Positions 1 through 14,069 of a stretch of DNA of 64,000 nucleotides are shown piece by piece. The stretch is from contig NMRA01000008.1 in assembly GCA_002633005.1 (NCBI GenBank), positions 1,255,974-1,319,973 of the forward strand. The letters are read 5' to 3'. The stretch is from Phoronis australis. Its lineage: Eukaryota > Animalia > Phoronida. The position numbers and the translations under genes are program-made. How positions within the stretch are numbered: the first letter of the stretch is position 1; every line of letters begins with the position of its first letter. The notes beneath the pieces are model-generated. The model made no database searches. It was not told where the DNA came from and was given only the letters and a program-made list of their open reading frames with translations.

Positions 1-390
1 TGAAGAGCTTTGTGGTTTAAAAACGTTAACACGCTCACCTGTTCTTGAATTAGTGACAAATAAGCTGTCAACTCCACTCACAGGTAATCCATACATGCAC
101 CTAGTATTCAGAAATTATAGGGCTGGCGATTTGTATGAAACACTTTTAAGTCGCTGATGGTTCTGCAATTCTTGATAGTGGAACTAGAGTCTTATCATGA
201 TGGTGAATGTATGAGACAGTATTTTGTGCAGTTAAATGTTAAACCCAGCTTTAATAGCCATGAAACTGGCAGCATTTAGTGCTTATTTATGCTTCTCTGT
301 ATTGTCACTGCGATATCCTGGTTCTCATAAAGGTGATCAAGTGTCGCATAGTCTCCGGTATTGTCACCTTGCAGTATGCGCTCCTTGCAG

Positions 391-3300
391 GTGTGTGGTG
401 TGGACAGGTGACAACAAGGTGTTCTTCTTCAACCCCAGCCAGCGCCTGTCTGTCTGGGAGGTGCCAGAGGACCTGCAGGGGCGCTCAGACGTTGAGAAGC
501 TGCTGCAGGCGCCACCTTCAGCCGAGAAGAAGAAGGCAGAAGAAGAGGCGGCGGACGAGCCTGCCAAGAAGAAGGTGAGTAGTTTTATACACACTGCAGG
601 TATCATGTTATAGTCGTGTGGTGTGATGGTTAGTCTTCTATCAATTTTCTACTTTTTGTAAACAAAATAGCAAGTGGAAAATGAAAACCTTTTTATGCGC
701 CCGCATATTTATGTGTGGACGCATTATGCCGTCATCTCCGTCCGTCCGGCGTCCATCCGGCGTCCGCTGCTCTATCTCCAAAACCCTTTGACATACGTTC
801 ATGAAATTTCGCACATATGTTCCATTCATGAATGGGACGGCATGTGCAAACTTTCGGACTGATCCGACTACCGGTGTGCCCCCTAGTGGCAATTTTAGTT
901 GTTTAAGCTTACCTTTGTATCTTCAAAAGTCCTGAACGGATTTACATGAAATTTGGTATGTAGGCACCTATTAGTGAGGTGACGCTATCCTCCCGTTTTC
1001 AGATGGATTCGACATAATTTGTGCCACCTAGTGGCCATTTTTAGTGTTTTCGAGTCTGTTTTTGTGCGTCCACCCCTCTATCAACCAAACTGCTCAAAGG
1101 ATGATTGTGAAAATTGGCATGTATATGCTTACTATGTAGAGGACGGTTGACGATGATTTTCCGACGATTTCAACTACTGTGGCGCCTCCTAGTTGCAGTT
1201 TTGTTTTTTTGCGCCTATGGCTGTATCTCCTAAACCTTTCGCAGGATCTTTACGAAATTGTGTAAGTATATTTATATGATGTGAACAACGGAAGATGACG
1301 ACTTTTGGACGGATCCGACTACCGGTGTGCCCCCTAATGGCAATTTTAGTTTTTTACACTTACCTTTGTATCTTCAAAAGTCCTGAACGGATTTTCATGA
1401 AATTTGGTATGTAGGCACCTATTAGTGCGATGACGCTATCCTCCCGTTTTCGGATGGATTCGACATAGTTTGTGCCACCTAGTGGCCATTTTTAGTGTTT
1501 TCGAGTCTGTTTTTGTGCATCCACCCCTCTATCAACCAAACTGCTCAAAGGATGATTGTGAAAATTGGCATGTATATGCTTACTATGAAGAGGACGGTTG
1601 ACGCTGAATTTCCCCTGACTTTGATTACTGTGGCGCCTCCTTGTGGCAGTTTTTTTTTGCGCCCATGGCTGTATCTCCCAAACCGTTTGCAGGATCTTTA
1701 CTAAATTTAGCAAGTGTATTTATGTGATGTTGACAACGGACGATGACGACTTAAGGATGATTCTGACTACCGGTATGCCTCTAATGGCAATTTAAGTATT
1801 TTACATTGATCTCTGTATTNTTTTGCAAAGTACAACATACTACGTATATGCCCTCTACTGGCCACTTTATGGTACCAATAAACAACCCTAGAAGGATACC
1901 ATATACGGTGCAATTGTGGGCGCATTTCAACGCTCTGTGTTGCTCTTGTCATGGAAAGTAGTGGAAAATGTTGTTTAATTATGTCATGGTACGTTTTGAC
2001 CACTTATACATTTGTTTGGGCTCAGTTTAAATGTGATCGTGGTGTCCACTTCCCTTCATTACGGGTGACATTGTCTCTGATGTCGTTGTTCATTTGCAGA
2101 CGAAAGCAGAGGAGAAGAAAGAGGACCGTCCGAAGCAGATAGATGCTGGGAAAGAAGCGGCTATGGAGGCTGAGGTGAAGGCAGCCCGCGAGCGAGCCGT
2201 CGTCCCTCTGGAGATTAGGATGAAACAGTTCAGGGACATGTTGGCCGAGAAGGAGGTAGGTTACACTGGTGAAGGCCCAATGTAAGGATGATAGGAGTTA
2301 GTTTGTCTGTCTGGTCTGACAGTGTGACTGAATGATTTATTGAAGTTGTCCCGAGTACTGCATGGGCGAGTCCAAAAGTAGTCAGTTTCAAAGATTTATG
2401 AAATCAGAATGAAGTGATTTATTCAATCTTGAAATAACATATATAAGCTTCATGCAGTATAACCATAGAAGGCATCAGGTGTGCACTTGTCTTATATCAC
2501 GACTCGGTTTTTAGTCATCGCAAATTTGAATCGAAACTTTTGACAATCGCTATATTGCAAAACGGAATGCTCCCTAGGTAATAAATAGTCTTGTACCGTA
2601 AAGTGCCCTTGTTAGGAATTGTGTCCTTTACTTTCAAAAGTGTACAGAATAAATTGTCTCAAGCGGATAACACCTGACGTATGCTGTTTGCAACAATAGG
2701 TAGCAAAAGTACTGCGTTCACATGTCAGTGAAATATGAAAATTATATCCTGGAAACCCTTGGAATATACAGTATCAGTGGGAACCATCACGTGGAATTTG
2801 ATAATCTACATTATTTGTTTCCTGACAGGTGTCAGCCTTCTCCACCTGGGAGAAGGAACTACACAAGATCGTGTTCGACTCTCGCTACTTGCTGCTCACA
2901 TCGAAGGAGCGTAAACAGGTGTTCGAGTCCTACGTGAAGGAGCGCGCCGAAGAGGAGAGAAGGGAGAAGAGGAACAGGCTACGCGAAAAGAAGGACCAGT
3001 TCCGAGCGTTGATGGACGAGGCCAAGCTGAGCAGCAAGTGAGTGTTGCCGCCTGGTGGCTGGGGTGGAATGTTTAGATGCAACTCGGTGCTGTGCTGTGT
3101 TTGCAGTCCTACTGCCTATGTATTGAAATACTTGTTGCAAGACTGTCGACAAATTTGTTTTCGTGTGTTGGATTTCGGTTGTAAGATGTGTTTGTTCGTT
3201 CAAACACCATAGGCCTGTTCCATCAAAAGTCAGGCATGTTATTGCAAACATGTTTTGTTTGTTTTTTCATATGAATGAAATGCAGCTACTAACATCAAGT

Positions 3301-6300
3301 TAACTTTTCATCTTCAAACTTAACGACTACCATCACATTTATGAACTGCGTGCAAGTTAAAATTAAAGTCAGGTATGTTGTAGTTAAGACTGAACTTGTA
3401 ATCTTTGGTAAAAGTGGTCCAAGCTCTTCGTTTGCAGCGTATGGCTTGTTCCTCGAGTTCTAGAAGTCTGAGGGGGTATTCTCCAGAATAGTTTAGACAT
3501 TGCTCACCCGTAATCACCCTCGCAAGTCTCAGGGGTGATAATGGGTGTCACCACGTAGCAAGTGTTACTTCACGCGATTGTCTGTTTGCCCGACAGGTCA
3601 TCCTTCAGCGAGTTCGCCAGCAAGTATGGTAAGGACGAGCGATTCAAGGGAATTGAGAAGATGAGAGAGAGGGAAAACTTGTTCCAGGACCACCTGGTCG
3701 ACCTGCGACACAAGGAGAAGGAAGAAAGGTCCTCACAGAAAGAGAAGGTATGTTAACACTCAGAGGTTTGTGTACGGTCAGTTTGAAGGTCCAGCTGACT
3801 GATGCAGGGTGGTCAGCAGTAACGCATTATCCTGTAAAGGGGACTGATACTTTTTTTCATACGTTAATTCACCCTGAAATTATGACGGTTGTTAAGTTCG
3901 TGAAGTGGATAAGACTGTGTTGTTTTCTTAACGACGGAGTGGATTTTTAAAAAAAATGCATTGCTTTTTTGGTGTCCTCCTGCTTAAATAGTATCAATGA
4001 TCAGTTTTAAATAATTTATAGCAACATATCTGACTGTGTATTACTTTATGTAATGTTTTCGTTCTTCTGTACATTTTAAACAGTGTCATTCTGATATTAC
4101 GTTGATGAATTAACTATTTAATGAGTGTGCCATTCTGTGATGATTGCAAAACACATACGCCGTATATGTAACCCATTACATTTCAGCTGTTCTAAGCCTT
4201 TGTTTTCAGTTCGTGTTGTATTGCATTCAGTCATTGTATTGCCATGTGTCTTAATTGTTAACGATCACTTTAAGATTACGATCTGTGCTCGGTTGAAATG
4301 GCGCGTTTTATGCTGCATTGATAGTTTTTTACAATCGGAACTGCCACTAAATAGATATAACACGAACTTGTTCTGGAGAGTTTATTTTAAAAGTTTGATA
4401 CCAGTTGACGTTGATCTCTCTTAACTTACGATTCTCAAGCCGTGTTTAAATATCCGCGCAGTTGTGAAGTAATTTGTTTCGCGTCTCTTAGTGTGTGAAT
4501 GTCTAGTGTTATAATGTCACTATGCTTAAAAGGATAAATTTGTTTTTGAAAAGATCCAAGCGCTAGCAGGCTGAAGCGATCATGTATTTGTCTTTGTGTA
4601 CAAGCAATGTCGGGTCAGCGAATGGTCGGCATAAGTTGACCGCTCTCTCTTCTGGACACACGCTGTGAGCATCTAACTGCTACTACCCTTTGACCGTGTA
4701 TACTAGAAAACCCTCATGGTATTTTGTGTTTAAAGTTTTCAACTGTTCTAATAAACTGGCAATGTGCCAACAAATTCCAAATCATTTTGGTGTTAGAGGC
4801 TTGTAAATGAAATAACGTTGCTGTGTTACCTCACTTTGGAATTTCTAACTTCAAGTTACCAACATTACATTGCATCTTCCTCAATAGTATTTGGCCAGCT
4901 GAAAATTGTGCCAAAGTGAGACCACCGTGTATCGTTTCTCGAGCTTTATAATTTGTTCTTTTTGATCCAAACCTACAAGCTCGATTTAACTAATTGCTGC
5001 GTCTATGACGACTGCTCGGCGTAATTCGAGATACACACTGGCCATTATTGTTTTTCTGATTCGCTTATCGCTTATTTAATTGATGGACAACAAGATTGCC
5101 AGTACTTTAAGACTTGATGGTATTCGTTTTGTCACAGTGTTCAGTTGGCAAATCTGAGGGTAACATGAACAAAAAGACTGAGTCTGTAAGCAAATTTTAG
5201 TTGGAAGCCTTACCTTGCAAAGATTCGTGTTCGAAACGTTTATGGTATTTCTGTTATGCGCCCAGGCCCTCGCTCACCAGAGTGGACTGGTGAGAGGGTA
5301 ATTTTATGGGTGAGCTGAAAATCCCCCTCCCTGGGTCACCACTAATTCCAGCCCTCATCAGCGATGCCTTAGGTACCTAAAACTAACTGTGAAAGGAATA
5401 TTTTAGTGATTGGAGGGGATTTTTTGTGCCTGATGAGGGAATTTTGCGATTTTTTCTTAGGAGAATGAGACGATAATTTGCGCCAAAGTTAAGGGCCCTA
5501 TCCCTGTGTCTCAGTTTAAGGCCCAATTTGTCTTTCTGAAAGGCTCTTCTTTTTGTTCATGCTACATGCTGGTTTTGATTATTTCGTGGCCGTGAAGCAG
5601 AGCAGGGAACTCTCATTTTGTACTTTTCAGTTGTGCAAAAGTTAACTTTGTGATCTATTGTTTCAAAACATTTTAAAAGAGGCCTGCTTAATCCGCGTTT
5701 TTCTAATGTTATTTCATTGTAATTGTTGTTGAATGTATTGTTCTCTGTGCTGCTTCGTGACTTTCATAACAATTTGTAGTACTGCCACAGTCTAGTGCTG
5801 GTTAAATGCAATGTGAGAAGTCTGATTTAAAATAACTTTACAGAAAAGCAGTTAACTGATTTTACACCGATATCTTGAGAACATGCTGATCAGAGTTTTG
5901 CAGAATAGTAGTCAATTTTACATTCATTGGTGGTAATATAGTGTGCGGACCATGTTTTTGTTTTATCTTGAGCTTTCAGCTAGTCACATGTGTTGATAAT
6001 GAATAATGCCCTTTGTTTTCAGATACAATTTGCTTTGTGACCAAATATAACTATGCAATACATAATTATAAGCTGCTGCAGTTGACAGAATTTTCGATTT
6101 GCCAACATCAGAAGCAAACTTTCAATTGTAGCATGCTGTCGATAAAGAATCTGCACGACACGCTTGATACGATTCTGTAATTTGTGTTGATAAAGATAAT
6201 GTCTTTTGTTGGGTCCTTAATTTCGAGAACCAGTTTTCTCCACTGAGTCAAACTGGTTCTCAAAATGCAGCTCCTCCGTAAGTGACTATTGCCAATTCTT

Positions 6301-9300
6301 AACACTGCGCCAATTGATTTTTATTACACTGAGTGTCAAGCTTGTCGGGATTCAGATTTCTAAGTTCATCTTCAGATTGTTGTGCCTCGTTTCTTATTGA
6401 ACTAATTGTGTTGTAGCTTAAAGTGGAGTTTATCCAACTGCTCAAGGAGACGTCGGGCTTGGATCGTAACTCTCGCTGGAGTGAGACTAAAAAGAAGATC
6501 GACTCCGATCCACGTTACAAGGCTGTAGATAGCAGCTCGCGACGTGAGGACTGGTTCAGAGATTACGTCAAGAACCTGGAAACAGTAAGTGTTCTGGGGC
6601 ACTCGAAGTATTGGTGTCTTTTATAGAAATTATGAGATTGGTGGTGATGGATGATTGAGCAGTGGGGTCACAGAAAAGTCAAATGGCTGGCCCAAGGAAT
6701 ACAATGCACTGTACTGTCAAATCTAATGGTTACACCATTTGTATCTGGTGGCTGGGGACCACAGTCATGTTACAGTTTGCAGAGTACCTATACGTGACTT
6801 TGGTATTATCCATTTGGAGCACGTAGACTGATGCAATGTTTCTTGGACTTGACACTGTTGTGTCTAAAGCCAATGTGCCTATTTTGGGGTAACTGAGTAC
6901 TTCTGGTACCAGGAATTTTTAAGTTGCGAGACCAATATTGCGAGTTTAGATCTCATCTTCTACAACTTAAAGACTAGCCTTGATACAAAGGTCCGGTAAG
7001 TATGCTGCCATGGATGGCTCTTGGTAAAACGAGTGATGACAAGAATTTGTGTCGTGAAAAACAACACCATCGGGTTGGCAGTAGGAATTTGCGGAGTTAA
7101 AATATTGTCCGCATTGTTCTGTTTCTCCGTTGCAGCTGAGTGTGCGGAATGGTGACATGCTTCACAGCGAAATGGCCACTTTCCGGTGGTGTTATATCAT
7201 CAACTGTAATCTCACTGGGGCACAGCTTACAGCGGATCACTAGAATTGATTTCTCACTCGTTGTACCATGTGGTATTTTATCTGCTATTCTTCTCAGACT
7301 TATTTACCGATGAAGTGAATTTAGATACAAATTTTACCGCTTGGACACGGTTGCCACGGCCACCAAACATCACGTGCCGCTGTGTTGCTAACACAAGCCT
7401 GGTGACGGATGTAAAAGTATGTCACCAGCAAAGTGTAGCATAGTTGACAGCTTTATCTGTTGCAAAAAATGACAATTGTCAATAGTCTTGATCCACTGGA
7501 AATGGCTATTTTTCACCCACAGCAATTCCTGGATATTTTGATGTTAAGCCAGTGTAAAACTGGTTGGGTTACTGTGTTCAAGCATTGTCGATGACGATCG
7601 TTTCAATCTACGTCTGCACTTGAAAATGAAATTTATTTTATTTCTGATGACAAATATCTTAGTTTAATTGAACAATAAGAAACAAATATTTGACGTCAAA
7701 CTACTGATTTGTTCGTCAAAATTTATACTTTGTTCTAGTGCATAAGTTTCAGTATTTGGCAGTCCTGTTATCTAGTTTACCCAGAAGTGAACTGTGATGA
7801 AAACATTTGTTCTGGGCGCAGGATTTGTTCCCGGTCATTGGATTCATTCCCCCTCAGTCGTCTGATTCAGTTGATTCAGCCATAGGATTTGGTGAAACCG
7901 TGCATAGTGTTTTTAGTCGGACAGTTGGATTTAGCAGTGCTGCACCAATTTTTTTCGGCGCTGTTGTTGGATTTATGGCACTGACCTTAGTCCTGTTTTT
8001 GCCCCTTTGACCAGCAGTACTCATGTTTAGCTGTTGCTGCTTATTCAACCAATAATACAAGTTGTGGCTTTAGGCAGTAATGAGATAAGAAACGAAACAT
8101 TTCTGGTTTTCCATAATGATGGGGTTGAATCTTGGCATTTTTTCAGTAATACTAAAGCTGTCTTAAAACATCTTTTTTATTTTGAAATTTTGACTTCCAA
8201 AGGAACCTTAAATATTACGTGAAATTTAAACTGTGTTGAAGAAGGGAGAAAATGTTGATTCGTCTGTATATGTGTTTGTTTTGTGCATTGAAGTTGACAT
8301 TTATCTCATGATGTGATGTCCAATGGTCACGGGCTTAGTTGCCCTGAAACAATCGGGCACCTTTACCACCACGACAATATTGAAGGGAATTAATAAGATG
8401 TTAGTATAAAGGTGGCCAAGTCGTTCTGTAATTAGAATTTTGGGAGTGTGAGACTTAATTTCTGCCTGAAGACCGCTTGTCTTGCTTGGGCCCGCTAATG
8501 CTTGAATGGAGCAGTTATCACTTCCCTGGTGCTTGGTGAATAGGTGATGTTTATTGGTTTTGAAACAGCCAGTAATTATATGTTAATTTATGTAGGAGTC
8601 AGATGAAGAGGAAAGGCGAGAACGTGAGAAGAAAGAAAGACAGGAGAAGAGTATCAGGGAGCGGGAGAAGGAAGTGGAGCGCACCCTGTCGTCATCGCTG
8701 CGTGAGCGCGACAAGGAACGCGAACAGCACAAGAAGGACGAGGCCATCCAGCACTTCAACGCCCTCTTGGCCGATCTGGTAGGAACCGCAGTTATCCAAC
8801 TTAATGATGCGTACAGATCTTTGACTAAGTTTCTGCGTGTGAAAGTGTGGAGACAAATCCGTTTCGTTTTAACAAAAATCCGTTTTAATTCCGGCTTAAT
8901 CTCGTCAAAATCGCAAAATTTTGCACCTGGAATTATGCATGTCTGTCGATTTTGGCCAACAGAATTAGTGGGTATGCGCAATGCCATTGAATTTGTCTCT
9001 GATGGAAATTAGTGCACAGTTCGTTTTATACATTTTTAAATGCCTAGTAACACGTGCATTGTTGTATTGCAAACAGGTAGCAGATTCCAACTGCCAAAAT
9101 TTAAACTGCGAAAGTGGCGTAAATTTTATAGCAGATATTTGGGCTTATTTATTTGGTCCTGGACTAAAAATCCGATTTGTTTTACGAGGTTTTGTAGTAA
9201 CGTGAATGAAATGTACTGTATCACGTGGGAGTGGTCGGCATTTATTACTCTTTTGACCGCATGGATGTGTTCTGTATACATTACCCATTACACAACATGA

Positions 9301-11891
9301 CTGTCGTTGTTCTTGGCAGGTGCGCAATTCCGAAGTGTCGTGGCGCGATACGCGCAAACAACTAAAGAAGGACTCTCGCTGGGACCTGGCCGACCTGATC
9401 GAGCGAGAAGAGAAGGAGAAACTATTTGACGAGCACATCCTGAGCCTGACCAAGAAGAATAAAGAGATGTTCCACAAGCTACTCGATGAGACAACGGAGG
9501 TGACGCTCACCTCCACCTGGAAGGAAGTAAAGAAACTGATTAAGGAAGACCCGCGTTATTCCAAGTTCTCTTCCAGTGATAGGGTAAGTATTCCCTTGTT
9601 CTGTTATGTTGTTGCTGCTGCAATCTTTTGGCTGGCTAGATTGTCAGCATTGGCATTGTCAGCGGTTTCATTGTCAATATCTGTTCTTTCTGTTGTCATC
9701 AGTGTTGAAGGTGGTATCATTGTTGTCTTCATTGATGTTATTGTCAGTGATTCTGGCACCATTTTCAATATTGGTGACGTGTTGTTTTGTCAGAGCGCAT
9801 TCATTATTTCATTATTGTTATTATTTTCTGATAGAAAAAACTGAAAAATGTGTATATATTCCCTGTTTGATTTTCTCTACATGTGGATGTTTGGTTTGTA
9901 GAAGCGTGAGCGCGAGTTCGACACGTACATCGAGGAGAAGTATGTCACAGCCAAGTCGGACTTCCGAGAACTACTGAAGGAAACCAAACTGATCACACAC
10001 AAGTTAGTAGTGGTGCAGCTCTGTTAGTGGTGCAGCTCTGTTAGTGGTGCAGCTCTGTTAGTGGTGCAGCTCTGTTAGTGGTGCAGCTCTGTTAGTGGTG
10101 CAGCTCTGTTATTGGTGCAGCTCTGTTAGTGGTGCAGCTCTGTTAGTAGGCAGTGTAAAGAAACAGTTTATTGACTGGACTCTCACCAATCTGCTGTGAT
10201 GCTGAACCTTTAAGTACAATACCTGCTGTAAAAATTTTCCAGTTTTGTACAGTATTAGTTGTTTTGCTCATAAGGTTGGAGCTTGTACCAAGTTTTAGAA
10301 ATAGGCAATGTTGGCCATACCAAGTTGAAGAATTACGTGAATTTTTTCAGCCTGTAGATCAGACATCAGCACTGCCCTCTGATGGGACAGCTTGTTAACA
10401 ACACGAGAGTGGCCTCTGAACAATTTTTCCTCTCTTAATAAGTATCAGAAACATCAGATACATGGCATTACCAAGTAGTAAACAGCTTTAGGTTATTCTC
10501 TATTGTGAAGTGATTCAAGGTTTTCTGCCTCATAAATAACATTTAGTTCACCTTATTTGACTCCAGATGTGTGTGAACATTACCTTGCGAAGTGCCTATC
10601 GGTTGAACATTCAGAACTTTTGTTGCTCAGAATGAAGTAGATCGATATAATCTTAAAATGATGTGGAACCTGATGAAAAGTGTTTGTTTTTAGAAAAAAA
10701 ATCTGTAAGCATGGTCGTTTATTTTCCTGATGATTGAATTTACCACTGATCCCATTATGGTGAGGGAATTTTGTGCTAAGTGGAGAAAAAGACACAGCCC
10801 AAGGTTCATCTGAATTTGAATCTTAGCTTCATAAACTGCTGCTTGTTTACATTGGGGAACGTGTTTAATCTTGTGCCTTGCAGAAGTACGTCTGATAGCC
10901 ATTCATAACTGTGGCAGCCTTCAGCCCATTAGGTTGAATGAATAATTATTAGCTAGTAACCGGCAATCCAAAAGTATAGATAAGATCATCGCCGTACCAA
11001 TCCCCTTTTCTTCATTATTGCAGGTCACTTAAAATGACGGAAGAGTCGGATGTTCATTTGAATGATGTTGAGAAAATCTTGGAGGTAAGGGAAGATCTAC
11101 TATTAAATTGCAACCCGGTACTTGGCCAACTCTCAACTGTCCCGCATATAGTTGTAGAGTATCTTTGACCAAATCGCTAGGAAGATAACTCCGTTAACAA
11201 TCGGCAATCATTTATTTCACTCGTTTCAGCTGGCTGCCATTTTCGTTGCCCATTATTTTTTATGCGCCCACATATATGTGGACGCATTATCTTTGAATTG
11301 CACATTCTGTTGTGATGACGTTATTTTAAAGGCGATCTATTCACAAAATCCTGTTAATGCATGGACAGATGTCTGGGAGCGGGGTGCACAAGCACTCCTC
11401 GCACCAATTAGGGATGACGCGATTATCTGTCAGTTGAATGTTTTTCATAGTTCACAGCGATGTTGATAAGGTTATAAAAATCACTTTCTACTAACTGTTT
11501 GAAGTTGTTGACTACACGCGTAAGTTATTTTTTATTTTTTGCGGACATGCCCTCAGCCCAGACGTTCAGTAGGATTTTACCTTATTTCGATAAAGTCTTT
11601 GGACCAGTTGGATCAGACTGGCACAAGTTTTACTGTAGTTGGCCATCTTCATTTCAAGCTATAAAGAGGCTAACACACAGCCATGATGGCCTGATCAAGT
11701 TTCTTCATGATGCCAGATAATCTATACTGTCTATTGCTTTTCAGAATGACAAAAGGTACCTAGTCCTCGACTGTGTGGAGAACGAACGGAAGAAAATGGT
11801 CATTGCTTACATGGAAGACCTTGACCGAAAGGGTCCCCCACCGCCCCCTACAGCCTCCGAACCTTCTCGTCGAAGTGCAAAGAAAGAGTAA
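391..11891 (+). CDS. TCERG1: Transcription elongation regulator 1 (CA150) homolog, 3' part (5' exons lie upstream of the window)
   Basis: Ten GT-AG exons join in one frame: 391-574, 2100-2255, 2829-3037, 3597-3747, 6417-6584, 8596-8778, 9320-9583, 9902-10002, 11024-11084, 11745-11891 (TAA). The translation has a WW domain ([25 protein letters not shown]), FF domains ([29 protein letters not shown]; [16 protein letters not shown]; [14 protein letters not shown]; [14 protein letters not shown]) and the characteristic C-terminus [10 protein letters not shown]...[17 protein letters not shown]. Confidence 0.96.
691..1949 (+). mobile_element. Non-autonomous Helentron/HINE (DINE-1-like) element with an internal tandem array, in a TCERG1 intron
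   Basis: 5' end TTTTATGCGCCCGCA...TGTGGACGCATTA (subterminal inverted repeat), then a GTCC-type microsatellite (ccgtccgtccggcgtccatccggcgtcc). About 450-bp tandem units start at ~861, ~1312 and ~1759. 3' end TGTGGGCGCATT followed by the hairpin CAACGCTCTGTGTTG and CTCTTGT. Confidence 0.75.
10010..10147. repeat. 17-bp minisatellite (GTGGTGCAGCTCTGTTA), about 8 copies
   Basis: Near-perfect head-to-tail copies starting a few bases after the splice donor at 10003; no spacers. Confidence 0.95.
11255..11295 (+). mobile_element. 5' terminus of a related HINE-like element
   Basis: ttttttatgcgcccacatatatgtggacgcattat matches the 5' end of the element at 691. Confidence 0.55.
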
Positions 11892-12461
11892 ATGGTTCAT
11901 CTTAGTGATGATTCACACGACACAAGGGTCGTAGTTGTGCCTCTTGTCTGTAGGGGTCACTGTTTTGTTAGGTAGCACGGTTAAATGGATCGCAAATAGC
12001 AGGGTGGAGGATTGGTTCAGTGACCTGGCTAGTAAGTTTAATGGCCAGTCTGTGTAAACTAAACTCTTCTCTAGAATTAATTTTGTGGACACGTGCAAAA
12101 ACACCAATTGTCAGATTTCTAAATTCTCTTGACAAGTTTCAGTCAAAGACTCCGTGACTTCCAGCTGCTAGGTAGTTTGTCCAGCCACTGGATTGTTCTT
12201 GCACCCTGTTTAGGATTATTCACTGTTGTAACATTGAATTGTGTGAAAAATTGAAAAGTAGGTCGTTCCAGTTGTACCTGTCGTGTTACTGTTCTGAATG
12301 CAATTAATGCATCTGTGCGCAAATTTTAAAATCCTGTGTCTTTATTGAGGATTGTATCTTGAACACTTTTGGCAACGAATGATGTTTACGACGCAGCATT
12401 AAGCAATGTTTTAATAGTCCTGTTGTCAATTTTAAGGTAAAAACTGTCTTGACGAGAATGT

Positions 12462-12467
12462 AATAAA
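12462..12467 (+). promoter_or_regulatory. Candidate polyadenylation signal of TCERG1
   Basis: AATAAA about 570 nt after the stop codon, followed by a T-rich tract (tttgttttttttcttgctctttt). Confidence 0.55.
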
Positions 12468-13554
12468 TATTTGTTTTTTTTTCTTGCTCTTTTTAATGTT
12501 CACCCAGTAGCATGTACAAAATCAATGAAATCTGCTTGTTTACACATTTCAAATTTTTATCGTAAAACCTTAACCCATTATAGTGCCCCTTTGGATATCA
12601 CATTTAATATGAAGTAGTCACTTCAGTATCAGATTGCAGAAGAAGTCATTGACGTCCATTTAGTCCCCAGATGTCCAATACCAAGCCACTAAAACACAAT
12701 GGTCTTGAAATTTTCTTTACCACGACTTCATTTGTATTGTCATTACTAACATACAGCGTATTTATGAGACAAGGAAAATTTTAAGAAAACTTTGTTAGAG
12801 TTCAGTAACGCTAGGAACTCGATAAAATCAAGCCAAAACCATGTGTTCTTATTTCATATACACCCAATAACTTGCGAAATCTTGCTTTTTAGCAAGGTGC
12901 TAGTGCTGTTGAACTCCTCCCTGGGCTGTGTTGAGCAGATACAAGAATTTCGCTAGTAAATATTGTGATAGCGTGCTTTGCTTGTAATACATGGCAAAGT
13001 TGCATATTCCTTCATTTCCTTAAGTTTCTCACCTCTGAGGAACACACCCCTAGGCTGGCTGAACCTTCCAATGTTAGACTGCTTCTGAATCATTGGGTGA
13101 CTTAAAATCCACAGGGTGGCATAGTGAGACGAATGTCTTAGCTGTACAAATGTATATTCAGGTAGTTGTTGAGTACCCTAAACGCAGATGGCCCCAAACT
13201 GTCAGATGAACTTTCAGCTCTTGATCTATTCAAACGTGGAAAACAGAACCTTTTGTTCATAAGCGCCACCTATTGAACATGGCTTTGTCCATTAAACCAT
13301 AGTCACAATTACAAGTGAACGTTAAAACGTGTCACCATTGTGGCTCGGAAATTTTCAAGTCCAGAGCTGTGTACAGAGCAGGATGCACTAAAAGTCCCAG
13401 AAGCTAACACGCACAAGCTTATAAATAAAGTAACCTATTAAACCAAAGATACCATCTCTCCAATCTCGCCCACAGTCGCCAAGTAGATTGTCTAAAGGGT
13501 TAGTCATGCTTATCCATTCACAACTGATAAAATAGAAGTCAAAGTTAATCGGAG

Positions 13555-13770
13555 AAAATACAATTTTCCTATCATGATGGCCAACTCTGTTCATGGTAAT
13601 AGCTGTAGAAAAGAAAAATAATTACTGAATGGCTTAGCCACCTAATACTAATTCTCCCTTCATTATCTGTCATGAGGGAAGACAACTCTGACGATAAATT
13701 TTGCTTAAGCCTATCCCCCATGACGGAATGCAGAGTCATTTTGTATATTTCTGGCTTTTACTGCACTAGG
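13555..13770 (+). repeat. Diverged dispersed repeat, second copy at ~16812-17055
   Basis: Shared blocks in the same order: a(t/c)ac(a/c)attttcc, gaatggctta(g/a)cca, tactaa, catgacggaatgc, agtcattttgt. Confidence 0.5.
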
Positions 13771-14069
13771 CTAACTTTAATTTTAAGATTTCAAGTCCGC
13801 ATTTCTTCATCAAATAATTGCAGGCAGATAGAAGTCTTGACCAACTGCTTGGTGATAAGCCAATTGTTTCTTAGAGAACTAGTCCTTTCTTCAAGATGAT
13901 ATTTCCGTATTTGGCCGTTTCCCTGTAAACAGATACAGATTAAGGCATGAAACGAGCTATTCTTTCGAGTAACCAACGGAGGCCATGTCTGTCACAGCTG
14001 AATCTGCCAAACTTAGATTACAGATTACATTACAAGATCAACTTGAGCCCGAATGCACCACAAACGGTG

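Noticed and set aside
8583-9516. Minus-strand Ser/Phe-rich ORFs
   Set aside because: Antisense shadows of Glu/Lys/Arg-rich TCERG1 exons.
9584-9844. Hydrophobic, membrane-like extension of the 174-aa ORF at 9320
   Set aside because: Read-through into a T-rich intron past a canonical donor at 9584; the conserved protein continues at 9902.
10010-10147. CRISPR-like array
   Set aside because: Head-to-tail 17-mers with no unique spacers, inside a eukaryotic intron, with no cas genes.
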